Shown here in pieces: positions 13,156 through 23,840 of a stretch of 64,000 nucleotides of DNA. This DNA is from Styela clava (taxonomy: Eukaryota). The notes under the pieces were generated by a model. It was not told the DNA's origin. It ran no database searches and saw only the letters and a list, made by a program, of their open reading frames with translations. A program made the position numbers and the translations under genes. How positions within the stretch are numbered: the first letter of the stretch is position 1; each line of letters begins with the position of its first letter. The stretch is taken from positions 12,896,001 through 12,960,000 of the forward strand of contig NC_135257.1 in assembly GCF_964204865.1 (NCBI RefSeq), read 5' to 3'.

Positions 13156-15498
13156 GTTTAGAGTTTGTAGAGAGTTGTGCCTGTTGTTATTTTTTGTTAT
13201 CTGATATACAGTAGTGGTAGGCAGCTGGTAAGAATGCTGTTACGACATCTATGATTTTGTTGAATTACGACCACGAAAATCTCAAACAACAGTGGAGCCG
13301 TGGTTTAAATGAGATTAAGCTCGATGAAAAATACGCAATATTAACTAAACTAAAAGACTTGCGGAAATTATGCAACAGCAAGTTCCTCATTGATGTAGAC
13401 ATTGATAAAATTACCCATGGCCTTATGTCATAATATTAATATGATTTTTGACCAATTGATTTAAAAACGTTCGTCATCACTAATATATACTGTGGTGGGT
13501 TGATACAGATAGCCATAGTTGGATGAAGTGGCCACATACCACTTGTTGTATTATTACCATATTTTGTTCCATGCTCTATTTTTCATAGTTTATATCACGA
13601 GAAACTTGATATGAATACCAAATTAACCAAAAGCGTCCTACGTAACTATTCTTCGGCTCATTTACCTTAGAAACAATGTAGGCTAATATCGCTGTTTCAG
13701 TCGCTTCACTCTGCCATGCATTCCATTAGTTTCCATAGGGAAGACTATCTTCATTTCTCCCGGCTATGCTTTCCTTACATGAAATATTGTTACATTAATG
13801 CTGCAGCGGTAAAATTTTGTTCGTTGCTTGGGTTGGGTTGCTGACCTTGTTGAATATAGCTTAATAAATCAGACAAAGTCTATAATATTGAGATTAAAAT
13901 ATTTAAATCTTAAACGAACGTATGAACAAAATGATGTTCATGGGGGGCATCACGCATTATGTACCTGTCTAACGGACGAAACGATTAGCCAAATTGAGTC
14001 GAGCAATTTTGTTCTGGTCGGCCCCACCATTTATTTTGTGAAATAAATATATTGTGTAATACGGTGACGCTTTCATGTTAACTGAAATAAAATTTATTTC
14101 TTTGCGTACAGCATAATATTAAATTCTGCACCGACTGCTAGTTTGGAAATATCATCATAACTTGTCAAATTCCTGCCAACGATAATAAGTTAATAAATCC
14201 CTTATTATCTTGTTGGGATTTTGCTTGGGCGTAGCGGTTCTTGAATTTTCAATGACGCCGCAATCCTGAAGGTCATATTGAGGAAGTAGGCCAAACATTA
14301 CCTTTCTCGTGTACTATTTATGTACAAGACCTAGTCATTACCGGCACTCAGAATGATACAGTTACGACAAAATATCAGATACATGTAGGACGTAAACAGG
14401 ATGCAGCAAATCACCTACAGAATAGTCCGATTGATTGCTTCTGTAATAAGTTGAATAATACAAATTTGTTTACCACTATCGGAGTTAACCAAATATCTGC
14501 TAAGTGTAACAACTCAAACACTGCTACAGCTTGAGCAAACAGGAATTTGAAACACCTCATCGAGATGACCTGACGACCGAGTCTGCCTTCTATACTCTCG
14601 ATTTTATCCAAGTTCGCGATTGTTTTCGGATGCGCAATGCGAGTTTTATGTGCTCGACTTGAGCGAGGTTTTTACGAGTGGCATAGCCAAAGACTGTCTT
14701 ACTTCGATTTAATTTGCTCGCCCCAGGCTTGCCTGGGTATGTATGATCCAACCACACCTGATTGAGGTATAAATAATAGGCTGTGCTATACGTATTCATA
14801 GCGTGGCGAAATAATGGTTGGACATTTGCTAACCTGCTGAGATATTGCGCTTATAACATTGCACTAAGTGACTAGTGAATCAATTATAAGAAACATAATT
14901 CTTTGAGATGATTGTTAAATTAAATAAATACAAGGCAAATATGCAAATGATTTATTCGTATTCATTTATTATAATACCTAGCATATACGTATATACAATG
15001 CAAAATTATTTAAATCGAATAAGTATTAATGCACAACAAATATTAGAAATAGAATCTTGTGAGTTTATGAAGCCCTTTATCAACAATAACAATATTTTAC
15101 TTTGCTGAATACAACACTATGCAACTACAAACCAAGGATGTCTGTACAGTCGACAGGCTGAAGGTTTTATAGCCAACAGTTTGTAGCCGACAAAGTATGC
15201 CACCATTTTTTATGAGCTATAACAGTCAATTTATAAAAAGATATACAAATACTAGATGTTCCAAGCTAATAACAATTTTTCTGAAGGGAATGCAGTCTTA
15301 AAAAGGCGGCCCGAACAAAACAACTTGCATTTTATTTCATGTAATAACCATAAAACTTACTTAAAAATTATCCAATAAAAATCGACGAAGGTGCGAAATT
15401 CAAACGATGCCATTCTCATAAAACTCAAGATCAACATAAACACAAATTTTCAAATATTATTAGCACTAATTATAAGTAAAACAGAAGGGATTTCTTAA

Positions 15499-17783
15499 TT
15501 ATTTCTCACAAAGATAGAATGTTTGAAAACTACAATGGATATCTACTACTTTGTACTGATAGTCAATCCACATACACCCACATCTTTCATTTCGGCCATT
15601 TGGTTCTCCTCCACTCCATGGTGTATTAGAATAAGTTGATGAAACTCCGTCCGACCATTTCCAGTTGTCCTGTCTCTCAAGATCGTCAAGTCCTATCCAA
15701 ATCGAAGTTCCTGAACTTCTGATGAACTTGTCGTGTAGATCGCTGAAAGTAATATTATATTATTTTTATTTCGGACCAACAATGTCAAAAAATTAACAAT
15801 TTTGAAAAATTTGAATATCAAAGTTTAACGTAATTATTTCTAAAGATTTGGATTTCCAACATTCTTTATTTTATTGAATGTGAAAAGTGAAAGACGAAGA
15901 TTCAAACTGTTCATTGTTACTCTTTTCCGTTTAAATTGACGTAGACGAAGTTAAACTGAAAAAAATATTTTTATATAATGCAACACCCATCTTTGTTGTT
16001 GGGAAATGTCGCCTTCCCGCAAATTCTAAATTAATCGATTTGAATATTTCATCATTTGAAGGTTGAAGCAGTCGGTGGAAACATACTGAACTTAATTTAC
16101 AATTGTTTTGTCTTCAATCGAGCCAAAGTTTCACCGGAAATTCAGCTGGTTCTCGCGACAAATAAGTCTGAAACTGTATAACTTTGACACCCTATACGAA
16201 GAAACATATTTGAGGGGGTTTGACAATGAGGCATCATAGCTTTTCCACGGTAAACTTGCGATCGCGAATTTTTTTGTGGATAGTATTGATGTTTGAATAT
16301 TTGTTGGCCCGATAACTAAATGACAATGCTACAAGCATAGTAATATACATTGTTGAACTAATTACCTGCGAATAGTTGGATTCCGAATACCATTTGCTGC
16401 TAATCGACCACCCATGAGTTCGCATTTTTTTCTGGCTGTTTGATAGTCCGACGATACTTTGACCAATTTGTACCAATATGGGTAACTGTGAACACGATAC
16501 CAACCATCTGCTAAAAGTTGTAATTCTCGAGCTAAAAATAAAATAAGAACAAATATAAAACCATATAAAAAAGCTTTATAATTGCTTAAAATAGGGATTT
16601 TTCTGAAAAGCCAAAGCCTCATATTGGCGCAAGATAGCAATTTGTAAATCCTCATTTTTTGACATATGCAACACTTGCGACACAATCAATTAACGTTAGG
16701 TTTTTGAATAAAACAATGTAATTAAATAAAGTATAATAAGGCTATGAATTTGAGATATCAACCTTTTTCTTCGAGGATTTGAACTTTGTGTGCCAACTCA
16801 TCATATCGTGAGCAAATACATGGTGTTCCGCTTTCTCCTTTAGCTCCCTTAAGTCCCATGATACCATTTTGTCCTGTCGGTCCGATGTCACCTTTTGTGC
16901 CTTCTGGGCCTTTCTTGCCTGGTCGACATGTTGCTTGACATTGAGAATCGTTTGGAACTAAAGAATAATTATTTTAGTTTACAAAATTCTTACACGTGAA
17001 CGTTGAACGTTGCATAGTTATATTTGTATTTAAATGTAGCCTTTACATTGAGTTTCTTGTGTTCATGAAATTATCATTTCCAACTAATTATTCATTTCAT
17101 GTCTGTAATATTTTAAAAATAATCCAATATTTTACCATTTATTGCTGTTTCGCGAGCTTTTTCCATGATTAAAAGTGCCATGTCCCAAGTGTCTAAAACT
17201 GAAAATATATACTTTCTCAAAACTCAATAATCTGACTTAGTTTAAAAATTGTAATAACGAAATATCGCATTAAATATAAACCGATATTTTAGACTCAGGT
17301 TTCCCGATTAAGCAATGCTGCAATCTTGCAATTAAATCGAAAATTATTTTTGTAATTTACTGATTGAGATTAGAGCAATCACCATCGGCTTATCAATAAG
17401 ACTTAAATCTATGCTGATAATATTTCGTATGTAAATTTGATAAACATGGAAAGGTAAAGCAAAATAATAGAATTAGTATAAGAATCTACAAACAGATATA
17501 TATTTTTAAACCCACATGACGTTAGCGAGCACTTCTTATTTCTTTCTCTCTCAATTTCTTCCAGTTTCTGTTCCAGCGATTTGATTCTGATATCGTGTTG
17601 ATCGATTTTTGTTGAAGTAACATTTTCGATTGCACTAGATATGCTTACGTCGTTATAAGAGTTTCCCGAGCCAGGTTCGGTATCTGGACTTATTGTGACA
17701 ATGCGAATATTACTTCGATCTTCTTGAGCGCAACATTCAACTACGCATAGGAACGTAAGAATGATGGATGTTAACAAACTCAT
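15499..17783 (-). CDS. Secreted collectin-like protein (signal peptide, coiled coil, 11 Gly-X-Y triplets, neck, C-type lectin domain), 4 exons, ~290 aa
   Basis: Exons 17783-17516, 16957-16763, 16531-16366, 15742-15499, total 873 nt in frame; the exon 1 donor GTGGGT was inferred from phase. Signal-like MSLLTSIILTFLCVVECCA; collagen GKKGPEGTKGDIGPTGQNGIMGLKGAKGESGTP; CTLD with ARKKCELMGGRLA, WIGLDD, WKWSDG, WSGGEPNG..ERC..C...YLCEK*. Confidence 0.9.
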
Positions 17784-17850
17784 TTTGTAGTGAGAACCAG
17801 CACAAGAGTATCGATTTACGATAATGAAGGTATGACTTAGGAACCAACGC

Positions 17851-17858
17851 TTTTTATA
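17851..17858 (-). promoter_or_regulatory. Probable TATA box of the collectin-like gene
   Basis: TATAAAAA on the minus strand about 70 nt upstream of the ATG at 17783. Confidence 0.5.
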
Positions 17859-18022
17859 TGGTGCTTCATTTTTTTGGCAACGAGTGCCTTTTTTGTCAAT
17901 TGCCGGGCGACGCAATAACCTCGCGGTTAAAGTCTTAAGATGCAAATGGCATCGCAAATTACACAAATCCCATGTGCCCTGCCCCACTCGGGGAGTAATA
18001 AATTGGATAGGCACTGCCGAAC

Positions 18023-18050
18023 AAGGGTTCAGGTCAAAGGGTTCAGGTCA
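18023..18050. promoter_or_regulatory. Candidate nuclear receptor response element (DR3/DR8) formed by a perfect 14-bp tandem repeat
   Basis: AAGGGTTCAGGTCA x2 contains AGGTCA-aag-GGTTCA (DR3) and AGGTCA-N8-AGGTCA, about 170-190 bp upstream of the collectin TATA. Confidence 0.35.
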
Positions 18051-19749
18051 TCCCAAATAAATAGTAGCTACTCAAATATCATTAGATGTCAGTGGCTGCT
18101 AATATATGAAATTGTTTTGAGTGAAAGGCGCGGGTAAGCGTCGAACTTAAAGAAAATTACATTTTCTCTATCTTTATTTTAACAGAGAATGACTCAGGAT
18201 CGTGAGAGTGTTTTGTTTTGGAATATTTTTGAAACGTTAGTCAATTGTGGAATCATACATTTGTAACTATCTTCTCTTGCTATTATTAAGGATTTATAAA
18301 ATTTTACTCGGTGCAACTTACTCATTCAAGTTTTCCCTTTTAATGAGTCGATACTTATTTTATATTCCTGTTTTATACAACAACTATTTGGACTGATAAA
18401 AATACATTCGATTCTATTTCGTCTAATATGAGTCTGTAATATGCTCAAAACGAAACGCTGGTTATGCTATATATTTTCATAACGGCTGATGAAGTGACAC
18501 AAAGTAACAAATCTCACTATTGTACTAAAACGAATCGACATAAAGATCAGGGTACAAAACGACATGTATGCAAAAGTGAAGCTGTGAGAGCTGCATTTGA
18601 CCGAAAAAGTCGCTGATAACGCGTGTGATTGTATTTTTGTTAAAATCGTCGATTATTTCAGTCCCCCACATCGGTTTTTATTCTCTTTATACCCTTTGTT
18701 TCAGTAATCAAAGAGAAAAACGTGTCAAAGAAAAACAAGAAGAATAAGAGTGCCAGCATAAAATGCAAAACGATCGTTATGTCCACTGACGTGTCCATCA
18801 ATAGGTCCACTACGTGTCCAATAAACCAATATACTAAAACACTTCAATGTGAGACTTTTCTAGTATAGTTCTAATATACAATATATTGATATACACTCAG
18901 CGTCGGATTGAGAAAATAAAAATAAAAGCCATAGGCTTTCGGGAGGCCCACTTTAATATTGACGTCACACAGGTCGTAGATACATTATGCCGTCATAATA
19001 TAATGTCTTCTTTTTTTCAATAAAAAGGTATAATAAAAAAATCCGAAATTAGTGACAAATATAATAATTTTTAAATTCGCTGTTGTTTAGAGCAAATGGT
19101 ATAACTGAATTTTCCTCATCAAAAAATAAAGGCGTTATTGGGGTAAAACTGTTTAATTCATTAAAGTAGCATATTTTTAAAGGGGGAAAAGCTTTTTAAA
19201 TTTAGACAAATCCAGTCGTTCGATCGTATATAATATTTTAACCTTTCAAACGTTAAATATTTGGGACAAGAATTATCGAATTAAAAACTAATATATATTA
19301 GTTTTATAAAATTCTAAACAGGTGTCATTCTGGAGCAAGCATTCAAAATTTAAAACCACTAAAAATGACCAATTATTCAAAAATGAATGTTGAGTATCCA
19401 GGCTTGCCTAATGGTAAATCCGGCCATGGAAACACTATATCCAACAAATTGCAGGGTGCCTTCAAAATTACATGGACTCGGAACATAGCAAAAGAATTTT
19501 GTTTAATTAGTTTGTAATTAAGACCAGGGTAAAACAACAGTTGGAGAAATAGTTCGTATAGGCTCACAGATATGTAACAATCCCTGCCAAATATGAAACT
19601 CCGTTTATATGAGGACGAGACACCAAAAATAAAATGTAGTACCACCTAAGTTCCAAGACATGATTTATTTTCGAACTGAATATTAAAACGAGAGAGCGAT
19701 GCTCAAATAAATGGACACGAAAGGCAAAGCCAAGCAGTAGTCTAACAAC

Positions 19750-22700
19750 CAGTGGCGGCGCGTCAATAGGGCCAACCGGGGCAATGCCCCGGTTGTTTTT
19801 TCGGTATAATAAAAAATATTCAAAATATACCTCAATATCGGTTGCACAGACTGTCTACACTAGCCATATTCTCCCGACATGGTTCATTTTTTGCTCGCAA
19901 AGCCTTCGCCGAACGTCGACGGGGCGACGCCGATTTTGCCCCGGTTGCTCATTGTATATCGTATTCTCTCTTTTATCTTCCACTCGCCGCGTTTGTCTCG
20001 TTTGTTTTCTGTTTCTTTTACTAAATCATCGGGGCCGATCGGCGCTAGCCCCGAAATTATGACGACACAATGCCGACGTTTCTTACAACAACGTGTTGAC
20101 ATATTCACGCATTCCTTCTCGTTCGTTGGTTGCTTGAAGAGTTGATAGTTTCCTCGCCTTCCTTTTTGTCGCTTGTTTCGCTATTTGAATCAGTTAGAGA
20201 CCTTTAGTCCATTTGCTTTCGATTTTCCACATTCCTTTTGAGCTCCTCACTTCTTTCCAGCTTCGCATTTCTTAGCCTTAGACCTCATAATGAATAAGGT
20301 TGATGCACTACTTCGCACTCCGTTTTCGCAACTGCCGCTGGAACAAAAACTAGAGGTACAACGTCTTGGGCCTTATCAACCAAAAAATTGTTCACTGGAA
20401 CAATCCCATGACGGAGGAAAGCGTCGGCGTACATTCTGCGCAGAAACTTGGTATAAAAAACACGAATGGTTGTGTTACAGCGAGGACAAAAATGCACTTT
20501 TTTGTTTTTATTGCCTACTTTTTGCTACCGCCCGTGACTCACGTTGGTGTAAATTTGGTTTTAGAGATGTTAAACATCTTCCCGAGCGTGCCAGGGATCA
20601 TCAATCTTCTATGGAGCATCTGGACAATGCAGTAAAATACCGAACATTCGGAAATGTTAATATTGCAGCACAGTTGGATGAAGGACGCGCGGTTTCTATT
20701 CGTCGGCACAACCAAAACGTCGAGAAAAACCGCCTTGTTCTCGGTCGATTGATAGATGTTTTGAAGTTCATTGGTTGTCACGAGCTGTCCCTCCGTGGGC
20801 ACGATGAACGGGCTGGCTCTTCTAATAGAGGGGTATTTTTGGATATGGTGGAATACACCGCATCCCTAGATACAGTATTGAGAGGTCATCTTGATGCCGC
20901 AACTGTTTCGAAAGGGACATCTAAGGATATCCAAAATGATTTGCTCGACTCAATGTATAAAATTTATTTACAACATTTGGCTCTGGAAATTGAGAATTGC
21001 CAGTTCCTTTCGATTCAGTCTGACGAGACAACTGACATCACGTGCGTTTCCCAACTGGCTGGGATTTTTCGGTTTGTGAAAGATGGTAAACCTACCGAGA
21101 GATTTCACAGCTTTGTACCAATCGTTGATCGCACGGCTTGCGGGATATCGGCTGTACTGAAAGAAGTGTTACAGCCTTACAACGCGAAGTCAAAATTGAT
21201 AGCTCAAACTTATGACGGCGCGGCAGTCATGAGTGGGTCGAAACATGGTGTTCAAGTTTATATAAAAGAAGATTTTCCTCATGCGCATTTTTTACATTGT
21301 TATGCACACCAATTTAACCTCGTTATTAAAAATATGTGTCTTGATACCCCTCTTGTCCGTATGTTTTTTGCAAATGTTTCGGGGTTTTCTTCATTTTTTT
21401 CCGTTTCGCCGAAGCGCTCTGACCTCCTTCGCCAGATATGTAGCCGTCGTCTCCCAGCTTGTGCACCAACACGTTGGAACTTCCAATCACGCGTGGTGCA
21501 GGGCGTGTCCGAAATTAGGTCTGAGCTCATTGAGTGTTTCAATGGCATTCAGAGCTCTCCGGTTTGGGACGAACGCTCTGTGAGGGAGGCGGCAGGTCTA
21601 AAGCGTCTGCTAGAAGATGGTGAGTTTTCATTTTTTCTCGCTTTTTTCTCCACAATATTCTATCACGTGGATGTATTATACGGCGCATTGCAGTCAAGGC
21701 TAATGGATGGAGCGTCTGTGCAGTCGTGTATTTCAGACTTCTGCGATGCTGTATCTCGTATCCGGGAAACAATAAAATACGACGACACATGGAGTGCTTC
21801 TTTACGCCGCGGGCAAACAACGCAGCGTTTGATTTTGTCTGCAAAGGAATGCTGTGACATTCTTGTGAATCAAATAGGCGATCGTCTGCGCACTGAACAC
21901 CTTGCCGCGTTCTCTTTGATGAACCCTAAAAAATTTTCAAAATTTGCACGTCAATTTCCCATCCATTTGTTGGCTACTGTCTCCAAATTTTACCCCATGA
22001 TAAACGTGGGTAAATTGGAAAATGAATTGCGATGTATATACACCAATCAAACTTTTTTGAACATCACATCAACTTGCGCGCTCTATGGGTTCCTCATAGA
22101 TAACACTCTAGTAACTACCTTTGCGGCGTCTGCAAAATTTCTGGACATCATTTTGACGACGCCTATTTCTTCCGCCGACGCAGAGCGAACATTCAGCACG
22201 CTGAAGCGTATTGAAACGTATCTCAGAAACACAATGAAGCAAGATAGATTAAATTCCTTGGCTGTTTTATCCATTCACAGAGACGTTATTTCTGGGATGC
22301 ATGACTTTAATCAGCGCGTTATTGAGCATTTTGCTTCCAAGAAACCGCGGCATGTTGCATATATGTTCAAGCAGTAGAAGTCTAGCAGCATATATATCTA
22401 TGAGTGAGCGACGCATGTCCTTATCTTTGCATTAACTTTCCTTTCTTCATAGTAACGTTTTAAACCTTATTTTAGGTTTTGTCTGCTTTCCCGAAGTTTC
22501 TGTTAATATGTCATTGTATTTATCTGGGTAAATATTGCCTTTCCTTTTGAAAGAGGTTTCAAAATAAACTATGTCTATATTTATTAATCCCTTGACTTAG
22601 ACCGGTTTTAAAGACACTTTCTTATAGTTAAAAATTGTCGCTTTTGCCGATTGGTTGTTACCGATGGAATGGTTTTTATACTCATAAAATGATGGGAGAA

Positions 22701-22791
22701 CTTACAGCGCTCATCCTGTCCCCGTAGATGGGGGTGACATGGTCCCGCAGTAGCTTGCCCCGGTTGTCAAAATGACCACGCGCCGCCACTG
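19750..22791 (+). mobile_element. Full-length hAT-superfamily DNA transposon, 3042 bp
   Basis: 14-bp perfect TIRs CAGTGGCGGCGCGT (19750-19763 and 22778-22791). Perfect 8-bp TSD CTAACAAC (19742-19749 and 22792-22799). Repeated subterminal GCCCCGGTTG motif. Single intronless transposase ORF. Confidence 0.96.
20290..22377 (+). CDS. hAT transposase (ZMYM1-like/TTF-type zinc finger clade), 695 aa
   Basis: N-terminal WLCYS..LFCFYCLLF zinc finger; LRGHDE..SNRGVF; catalytic-type motifs QSDETTD, TYDGAAVMSG, HCYAH (CxxH), PTRW and SADAERTFSTLKRI in the C-terminal dimerization domain. Confidence 0.95.
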   Translation: MNKVDALLRTPFSQLPLEQKLEVQRLGPYQPKNCSLEQSHDGGKRRRTFCAETWYKKHEWLCYSEDKNALFCFYCLLFATARDSRWCKFGFRDVKHLPERARDHQSSMEHLDNAVKYRTFGNVNIAAQLDEGRAVSIRRHNQNVEKNRLVLGRLIDVLKFIGCHELSLRGHDERAGSSNRGVFLDMVEYTASLDTVLRGHLDAATVSKGTSKDIQNDLLDSMYKIYLQHLALEIENCQFLSIQSDETTDITCVSQLAGIFRFVKDGKPTERFHSFVPIVDRTACGISAVLKEVLQPYNAKSKLIAQTYDGAAVMSGSKHGVQVYIKEDFPHAHFLHCYAHQFNLVIKNMCLDTPLVRMFFANVSGFSSFFSVSPKRSDLLRQICSRRLPACAPTRWNFQSRVVQGVSEIRSELIECFNGIQSSPVWDERSVREAAGLKRLLEDGEFSFFLAFFSTIFYHVDVLYGALQSRLMDGASVQSCISDFCDAVSRIRETIKYDDTWSASLRRGQTTQRLILSAKECCDILVNQIGDRLRTEHLAAFSLMNPKKFSKFARQFPIHLLATVSKFYPMINVGKLENELRCIYTNQTFLNITSTCALYGFLIDNTLVTTFAASAKFLDIILTTPISSADAERTFSTLKRIETYLRNTMKQDRLNSLAVLSIHRDVISGMHDFNQRVIEHFASKKPRHVAYMFKQ

Positions 22792-22890
22792 CTAACAACC
22801 ATATCTTATACAGTACCTTACCAAGTTTACCATACGGAAAAGATCGCAGAAGCGCTCAGAACTTCAAAGTGAAAAACGGAATGCCCGCAA

Positions 22891-23090
22891 AAATATACAA
22901 TCTTTGAGCACTGAAAATTTCAAAGCAATTGATCTAGTTCTAGTAGTTAATGAGAAAAGCGATTTTTCCATTGGGTAACGACAAGGAGAAAAGTACCAAC
23001 AAGAACAGCAACATAACGACAGAATCGATCAATTGACCCGCTTGGTGTCCAATAACGAAACGATCTATATGTACATTTCGTGTCCAATAA
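22891..23090 (+). repeat. Second copy of the CGTGTCCAATAA repeat family, with duplicated 3' end
   Basis: Aligns with 1803-1945; GTGTCCAATAA occurs twice. Confidence 0.65.
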
Positions 23091-23840
23091 TTTAATCGAA
23101 CTTAGTCATCCATAATCGCAGCTAAGAAGTTGTTTGTAGTTTACACAGTTCTTAGCACATTTATCGATATTTTTAATTTAGGTTAGATACATATGACATA
23201 TATTGAAAAGAACAAGGCTTTAAATAACACACTTGATTGGCGATACACTTCTTGTGTGGGTAAATGGTAGCCTAATATGACCTCTACGGACGGGGTCATT
23301 CAAATGGCGATTGGGACAATGTAACCTTCCCTGTTCCCAACAGATATTACGTTCACCAATATCCCATCGGGCTGTAGCAAGTATATGAGCTTCAATTTTG
23401 TGATAATCGTTAATATGAAAATATACTTTTTTCACTTTTTATACGGTGTATTTTTCATGATGCCGGCGCCGAAACGCTGAAATACCGAGATGTATAGTAG
23501 GGGTAAGCCTTTCATAGGCACTTCTGTTCTTATGAGCATGCATGAACAAAAGATATGCGTGTTAATATGTATGTGCTTATCTTATAGTGCCATTTTTTGT
23601 AGCTGTCGTTGATTCAGCGAAAGACATACGTAGAACTTTTTATTTTAAATCCTAAATATATCACGTCCATTGAAAAATTACAAAGAGTTTTTCAATCATT
23701 CATTTTCTTGTGTAGATTCAAAGATGAATAGTATGTAATCTACTCAACTCATCTGGAGAGGTAACACAAAAGTAAGAACAATTGACACAATGAAAAAGAA
23801 ATAATTGAAATCAGGATAGATACGAATTCGATGGAAACTC

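Noticed and set aside
17784-18014. N-terminal extension of the 201-aa ORF upstream of the collectin ATG
   Set aside because: It spans the TATA box; the downstream ATG gives a proper signal peptide.
20285-22274. Several alternate-frame and antisense ORFs inside the transposase
   Set aside because: Expected shadows of a GC-richer coding sequence; no recognisable motifs.
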